From Candidatus Latescibacterota bacterium (GTDB taxonomy: Bacteria > Latescibacterota > UBA2968 > UBA8231): DNA of 64,000 bases. Made by a program: the position numbers and the translations under genes. The stretch lies in the NCBI GenBank assembly GCA_965248265.1, contig CBDFJF010000002.1, positions 1,312,001-1,376,000 on the forward strand, in the 5' to 3' direction. This document shows positions 58,441-64,000 of this stretch, piece after piece. Under the pieces are notes generated by a model that was given only the letters and a program-made list of their open reading frames with translations, was not told the DNA's origin and searched no databases. Position 1 is the stretch's first letter. Each line of letters starts with the position of its first letter.

Positions 58441-60708
58441 TCACCTGACCAACGCCATCTTGCGCGTTTCCATGTGTTCCTCTCCCGCCCATAGCCGATA
58501 TACATAGACGCCGCTGGCCAGTTCGCGGCCTTGCTCATCGCGACCACTCCATCGTACGGTATGGACTCCAGCCTCTTTCGATCCCTCTACGAGCTGCACC
58601 AGCCTCTGCCCCGCCAGATTGTAAACGGCCAGCTCCACTTCCTGTTTTTCTCGCATTTCAAATCGGATCACCGTCTCACTGTTGAACGGATTGGGATAGT
58701 TCTGCTCCAGCGAGTAACCCCGCGGCAGCGTCGTGGGGTGCTCTTCCAGTACGGAGGTGGTTGCTGATGAAGTGGCTGTCACCAAGCGCATATCGTCGAG
58801 GTAGAAAGTGCCTTTCAGCCCCCCCCAAAAACCAATCGAGGTGATCACATCCGAATCAAGAAAATCCAGCGGTATGTCCATCAACTGCCACTCCTTCGTG
58901 AGAGTATCCACTGCGTTCCCTCCCCAATCACCAAACAGATATACCTGCTTTCCGTTTATGATAAGAGCAAGCTCCGTGTACGCCGTGGAATCGCCCGGGT
59001 GAAAGGCAAAACGCAGGGAAGTGAACCCGAAAACACCAGCAAGGTTAACGGGTTCAAAGTACACGCGAAAGAAGTCGCCGATGTTCCTGAATGCCAGCGC
59101 TGAGTCGCCCCGGTAGACGAGGCCGCTTTCTTGACTATCCAAGTCGACGCCACTCATCCGGGTTGCCTGCCACTGGCTCGCCAGCGAATCTGAGAACAAT
59201 ACGAGATCCTCGGCCGGATAAATACGGAAAGATACATCGTGGGGATATGCACGAGCCTGATCATCTTCCAACTGAACTCTTATTCGTTGCTCACCGCTGT
59301 GCAGGCCCTGTGGTACCTGAATCTGCCCGGTAAATAGCCTTCCACCGGCCGCTTCGCCAGCCGTACCGTCGTCCAACAACGTCCATTCTTCGGTCTCTTG
59401 TATGTCAAAGAAGCGGGCGGAAACCCGGGCGATCTGCCCGGAAATACCGCGCGGTGATGGCGCCGTCGTCGCTGTCACCGTTATCCAGTCCGAGTTGCCC
59501 GCAACCGAAGACTCCGCACTCAACGATACTTGCCTGATGCCGTGGGACGGCTCGTCAAGGCGGAGTGCAAGCAGGGCGGGTGCACCGACGCCACCGACGT
59601 TATCTGCGCTATCGGCCACATAGATCAAGCCGTCGGTATGAGGCTGGGCACCCCAGGCACCGGACGATGAGAAGTAGGCGATCTCCACCGGATGATCCGG
59701 GGTGGCGAGATCGAAAATGCGCACACCGGCGTCGTAATAAGCCCAGTAGAGCAGGCCGTCCTTGGCATAGGGGTTGTGGGGGCCCGTTGTCTCAAAGAAA
59801 GGGGGTGGTTGAGCGCGGAAAGACCCCATCGCCACTGGGTGGCGCGGATCGGTTGCGTCGATGATGTGCAGGCGCTGATTCCAGCCGCCGTATTCCTGGT
59901 TGCAGTAGACGAATCCGTTCTCCATCCAGGCGCTGTGGAGCCCTTCGACAATGGGTACGGAGGACAGGGTAACGGGATTATCGGGATCGGTTAGGTCTAG
60001 GATAACCAGGCCGCCGCTGCTGGTTAAGTGGTTGCTGACGCTGAGGAAGGCCATGTCATCGCGGATGAAGACATCGTGGATGAAACTACTGAAGCCCTTA
60101 GCGTCGTTCATCCAGAAACCCGATTCCGATGGGCGCGCGGGATCCGAAACGTCCAGAATCGTCATGCCTTCGTCGAAGGAGCTGACCAGATAAGCGCGGT
60201 CTTTGTAGAGGAAGAGGTTGTGTACCCCTCCGCGGTCCGACGCCTCGAAGTTCGAGAGGATCTGGGGATTGGACGGCTCGGAAATATCGACGAAAATCAC
60301 CTCGCCGACAGAGTTTCTCTGCGCCCCGACGGCGGCCAGATCCCCGCTGACCTTTATATCGAGGGAACGTATCTCCGACAGCGTCAGCGACGTGTCCAGG
60401 CGCATGGCCTGCGGCTGAGAAATATCCACGATATGCAGCACGCCTTGATCCCCATTGCCGACATAGGCGTGGTTGCCGGCAACATACAAGTCGGTCACGC
60501 CCTCCAGTACAATACTGTCTACCAAGGTCATGCTGAGGGCATTGGAGTGGACCGACGTGAGTGCACCCTCGCCGGCGGACTCTGCCTCACCTTCGCCGTG
60601 ATGAGCGTCTACATCATGCGCACTTGCGGCACCGGCCAGCAACAGCATGAAACAACAGCCGACGCTGAGAGCGAGTAGGCGGTGGTGTTTTGATGTCCAC
60701 CACTTCAT
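58441..60708 (-). CDS. LVIVD-repeat secreted protein with FlgD/T9SS-like tail (intact tandem paralog)
   Basis: Signal peptide MKWWTSKHHRLLALSVGCCFMLLLAGAASA; long stretches identical to the 54682 copy. Confidence 0.88.
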   Translation of the reverse strand: MKWWTSKHHRLLALSVGCCFMLLLAGAASAHDVDAHHGEGEAESAGEGALTSVHSNALSMTLVDSIVLEGVTDLYVAGNHAYVGNGDQGVLHIVDISQPQAMRLDTSLTLSEIRSLDIKVSGDLAAVGAQRNSVGEVIFVDISEPSNPQILSNFEASDRGGVHNLFLYKDRAYLVSSFDEGMTILDVSDPARPSESGFWMNDAKGFSSFIHDVFIRDDMAFLSVSNHLTSSGGLVILDLTDPDNPVTLSSVPIVEGLHSAWMENGFVYCNQEYGGWNQRLHIIDATDPRHPVAMGSFRAQPPPFFETTGPHNPYAKDGLLYWAYYDAGVRIFDLATPDHPVEIAYFSSSGAWGAQPHTDGLIYVADSADNVGGVGAPALLALRLDEPSHGIRQVSLSAESSVAGNSDWITVTATTAPSPRGISGQIARVSARFFDIQETEEWTLLDDGTAGEAAGGRLFTGQIQVPQGLHSGEQRIRVQLEDDQARAYPHDVSFRIYPAEDLVLFSDSLASQWQATRMSGVDLDSQESGLVYRGDSALAFRNIGDFFRVYFEPVNLAGVFGFTSLRFAFHPGDSTAYTELALIINGKQVYLFGDWGGNAVDTLTKEWQLMDIPLDFLDSDVITSIGFWGGLKGTFYLDDMRLVTATSSATTSVLEEHPTTLPRGYSLEQNYPNPFNSETVIRFEMREKQEVELAVYNLAGQRLVQLVEGSKEAGVHTVRWSGRDEQGRELASGVYVYRLWAGEEHMETRKMALVR

Positions 60709-60974
60709 TGGTTGTTCAAACAAGAACGCGTCCGATCGAGTAGAGATCCGTATTCTGAAGTCGACCCAGATCGTTAGTATGAAAAGATCCGGGATGTGTA
60801 GCAAAAATACTTCTCGACACTGCGGCCTGACGGACCTAGACTAACGGACACCCTTCAGGAGGTGAAGAATCCGCTTATTCATCGCCAGCGCTCTTCTTCT
60901 GGCCGCGTTGGTCACCCGAGGGTACCAGGATCATCATCGGCTCCTTTCGTGACGCCGCTATCAATGTCTACGCG

Positions 60975-61730
60975 ATGAACGCCAACGGCACCAACCTCAG
61001 GGTTCTCATCACCGGTGCTGCCGGTTACGTCGGCGGTCTGCTGCGCTCCCACTGGGGAGACCGCTACCCGTTACGGCTCGCCGATCGGCGTCCAGTCGAA
61101 GGGCTTGCCGACAACGAGGAGTTCGTAGAAGTCGACATCACCAAATATGAGCAAATGCTGGAGGTCTGCCGCGGCATGGACGTCGTCGTTCACCTGGCCG
61201 CCGACCGCAGTCCGGCAGCCAAGTTCTACGAGACGCTGCTCGAGCTCAACATCATCGGCGGCTATAATGGCTTCGAGGCAGCGCGCGAGGCGGGGTGCAG
61301 GCGGATCGTCTTTGCCAGCAGCATCAACGCTGTGCTGGGCTATGAAAACATCACTGACGTCGCCTGGGATGCGCCGGTCTATCCAGTCAATGTGTACGGC
61401 GCGTCAAAGTGCTGGGGGGAAGCGCTTGGCCGGGTCTATTCTGATCAGCACGATCTGTCCTGCATCAGCGTACGTCTCGGCAATCCGCGCTTCGACCAGG
61501 GCGGCGACTGGGACCCGGAAGAGATCCACGGCAACGTGTCGCCGCGCGACTGCGCCCAGCTGTTCAGATGCTGCGTTGATGCTGACGATGTCGATTTCGC
61601 CATCGTTAACGGCGTGTCCAACCATCGACGATCGTCGCTGGATCTCGAGGTGTCACGGCGGATCGTCGGCTATGAGCCCGAGGATGGGACCGCCTTTCCG
61701 AAAGCGGACCGCTCACAGCTGGGAAGCTGA
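60975..61730 (+). CDS. NAD-dependent epimerase/dehydratase, uronate dehydrogenase-like
   Basis: ITGAAGYVG, VVHLAA, RIVFASS, YGASK, GVSN, GYEPED. Confidence 0.8.
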   Translation: MNANGTNLRVLITGAAGYVGGLLRSHWGDRYPLRLADRRPVEGLADNEEFVEVDITKYEQMLEVCRGMDVVVHLAADRSPAAKFYETLLELNIIGGYNGFEAAREAGCRRIVFASSINAVLGYENITDVAWDAPVYPVNVYGASKCWGEALGRVYSDQHDLSCISVRLGNPRFDQGGDWDPEEIHGNVSPRDCAQLFRCCVDADDVDFAIVNGVSNHRRSSLDLEVSRRIVGYEPEDGTAFPKADRSQLGS

Positions 61731-61742
61731 CCCACCCACTCA

Positions 61743-63335
61743 CTACAGTTTGTAGGCGAACAACTTCGCCTGAAACATCCTCACCCGAATGGCGGCCATT
61801 TCACCGACTCCGGAGATATCGCTGTCCCCATTCCAGGTAACGACCTGGTCCTCTTCATCTCCGACCAGGCGGTCGCACTCCTCAAAAGTGAATCCCTTGA
61901 GCGCATTGGCATCCACCGCCATCATCGTGGGTATGTAGCGGAGCAACTCGATCTCGATCCAGCCACCCGGCGCGCAGCGGTAGTTCAGACGCAGTTCCTT
62001 TTCCCGGCGATACACGGTGGGAATGGTGAACCGCCCCTCGGTTTCCGCCTCCATGCCGCACAGGCGATGCGGGCGCCAGCGCGCCCATCGTATCTGGCTC
62101 GCCTGCATCTCCGGGAACATATCGGACTTGTACTCTTCCGGTGTGGTGTGCGTCGAAGAACGGGCCTGGTAGGACAGAGCCCAGTAACCGTCAGGAAGCT
62201 CAACCAGGCCGTTGCGCCACGGATGGAGCTGGCATTCCTCCCCGCTACCGCGAGGGCCTACGCTGAGTACGGCGCGTCGTTCCGGCCGTGTCCAGACGAT
62301 GCCGTCGCGACTGAAGGCGAGCTGCAGATCCAACGTGTCGGTCACCATGTGGAACACCGGCAGAATCATGGCGTGGAGGTCCTGGCGTCCCGGATAGGGG
62401 GAGTAGGCCGCCCCGTAGAACGAGATGTCGAGGGGATCCTGCGCATCGGGATGGACCAGGAGCTTGGCTGCCGGCCAATGACGGAAGTCCTTGGTCCGGG
62501 TGAGGCCGACGGCTCGACGCACCACCTCGGTTTCGATGATGCCAGTGCCCAGGGCCACGGGCTCGTCCGGAGCACACCCCTGCGGTTGGATGTAGGCGAA
62601 GTAGGTTCCACTGGCGGCGTCATAACCGGGACAGAGGCCGCCGTTGACTGAATAGTTGGCGAGCGGTTCTTCGATCTTGGTCCAATGAAGGCGGTCCGGG
62701 GAGGTGAACCCGACCATCGCCCCCTTCAACACCACCTTGCGACCGGTGTAGGCCTCTCCTTGATACTGCTCGGCTTGCCAGTGTTCGTGCGCCTCGTCGC
62801 CGTCGACGACTTCGCCGGAATCGCGGTCGAGCCAGAAGCCCTCGGCACCCAGCGACTTGTAGCGCTCGGCGGGCGGGGCTGATGGATCCTCGATGATGCT
62901 GCCCTGCATCCCCGCTTCGAGGAGGTTGTTGTCGGTGGAGCCGTTGAACTCTACCTCGCCCAGGTGCGGCCGTTCCCAATGGTAGCCATCATCACTGACC
63001 GCGTAGCAGTTGAGCGGACCGGCACCATAGGTCATGTGGAGCTTGCCATCCTCATGCCAGACGTGGTACGGATGGACGTCGCGGTCCAGTTCCCATTCCT
63101 TTTCGGGCGCCAGAAACGGCTCGGATCTGTTAGCCTCTTCCACTCTCAGCTGGACGCCGATCGGCGCGTCGAACACCTCGTAGGTTCCGGCACTGGTTGT
63201 GCTGCGGTGGCCGCTGAAGACCTCCATAACGTCCACCAATGCCATCCAGGTGCCGGGATTGGACCGTGGGCGCACCCAGTCGCCGGGGAAATAGCTGCCG
63301 CGTTCCTGGATCTTTTGTCGTTGGTCGTCCATCAT
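61743..63335 (-). CDS. Five-bladed beta-propeller glycoside hydrolase-like protein
   Basis: AGGAG SD; YAVSDDGYHWERP.LG, EDPSAPPAERYK, TSPDRLHW, QLAFSRDGIVWTR. Confidence 0.7.
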   Translation of the reverse strand: MMDDQRQKIQERGSYFPGDWVRPRSNPGTWMALVDVMEVFSGHRSTTSAGTYEVFDAPIGVQLRVEEANRSEPFLAPEKEWELDRDVHPYHVWHEDGKLHMTYGAGPLNCYAVSDDGYHWERPHLGEVEFNGSTDNNLLEAGMQGSIIEDPSAPPAERYKSLGAEGFWLDRDSGEVVDGDEAHEHWQAEQYQGEAYTGRKVVLKGAMVGFTSPDRLHWTKIEEPLANYSVNGGLCPGYDAASGTYFAYIQPQGCAPDEPVALGTGIIETEVVRRAVGLTRTKDFRHWPAAKLLVHPDAQDPLDISFYGAAYSPYPGRQDLHAMILPVFHMVTDTLDLQLAFSRDGIVWTRPERRAVLSVGPRGSGEECQLHPWRNGLVELPDGYWALSYQARSSTHTTPEEYKSDMFPEMQASQIRWARWRPHRLCGMEAETEGRFTIPTVYRREKELRLNYRCAPGGWIEIELLRYIPTMMAVDANALKGFTFEECDRLVGDEEDQVVTWNGDSDISGVGEMAAIRVRMFQAKLFAYKL

Positions 63336-63590
63336 GGTCTCCTGATTTACAATAGTATCAATAGCACAAACTTCAAAAACAGGACAAGCTGCAATAGGCA
63401 TCGTGCCGACCGCGCGGCGCGGCGGACAGAGCAATGTCGCAACACTCCCACTCAGGGACAAGATCTCATGGCCCCCGCGTTTCGGTACTCGGTGAGCAGG
63501 TCAATTACCTTTGTCCACCGCACTGCACCGAAAAATCGATATATTGTTGGCTTCGCTGAAAATTGGTCCCCTTGATTGCGGAGAAGCAGG

Positions 63591-64000
63591 ATGGATATCC
63601 TCGAACGGTACGTTGCCATCGACAACAAGTGCGCCTGGCCGAATCTGACCCTGATGCCAGACGGCAGCATCGTGGCGACCATCTTCGGCGAGCCCTGTCA
63701 CCAGCTGTGGGAAGGGTCGTCCGAGTGCTGGATCAGCACGGACGGCGGCAAGCTCTGGTCCTTCATCAGTGTTCCGGCTCATCACGAAGCCGGCCGTACC
63801 CGTGGAGACCTGGCGGCGGGTTTGACCCACGAAGGCGCCTTGGTGGCTCTGGTCAGCGGTCGCAAGTTTGTGCCGCCAACAGGTGAAATCCTCGACCGGG
63901 ACAGAACCCTGGAAGAGCAGGGAAACTATGAAGCGGCGATCTGTCGCTCCACGGATGGGGGCAAGACCTGGACCATAGAAGGAGCCCTAGACGACTTTCC
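63591..64000 (+). CDS. Partial BNR/Asp-box (sialidase-like) protein
   Basis: Manual translation MDILERYVAIDNKCAWPNLTLMPDGSIVA...STDGGKLW...RSTDGGKTW; open to the right edge. Confidence 0.8.
   Translation, partial: MDILERYVAIDNKCAWPNLTLMPDGSIVATIFGEPCHQLWEGSSECWISTDGGKLWSFISVPAHHEAGRTRGDLAAGLTHEGALVALVSGRKFVPPTGEILDRDRTLEEQGNYEAAICRSTDGGKTWTIEGALDDF

Overview
GC-rich bacterial window. The gene content (FlgD/T9SS-like C-terminal YPNPFN domains, four PhyH dioxygenases, DUF4159, DUF6785, CRTAC1/UnbV) suggests a Latescibacterota/FCB-type organism, but this is inference. About 34 CDSs were seen, and no rRNA, tRNA or CRISPR array. Main block (~5-39 kb): a divergent pseudo-M28-peptidase/FtsX permease fusion, then a co-oriented envelope cluster. 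It holds two ExbD, two secreted FlgD-tail proteins, three paralogous ~100-kDa putative outer-membrane proteins with an Asp/Asn-rich Ca-binding-like loop, an oligogalacturonate-lyase-like protein, a giant TPR protein, a TonB-anchor/DUF4159 protein, a beta-helix enzyme, a TonB-C-type lipoprotein and a DUF6785 transporter. This is a candidate SusC/SusD-independent, TonB-energised glycan uptake or secretion system. Other signals: a DUF3179 gene split by an in-frame TGA at the conserved Cys (probable selenoprotein); three MITE-like elements with unrelated terminal inverted repeats but a shared covarying stem-loop core, one inserted in frame in a signal peptide; two collapsed duplicate remnants (exbD, DUF3179); and an intact IS3 (IS51 group) that cuts the signal peptide of one of two tandem LVIVD paralogs. 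All family calls come from motif recognition by eye; no searches were run.
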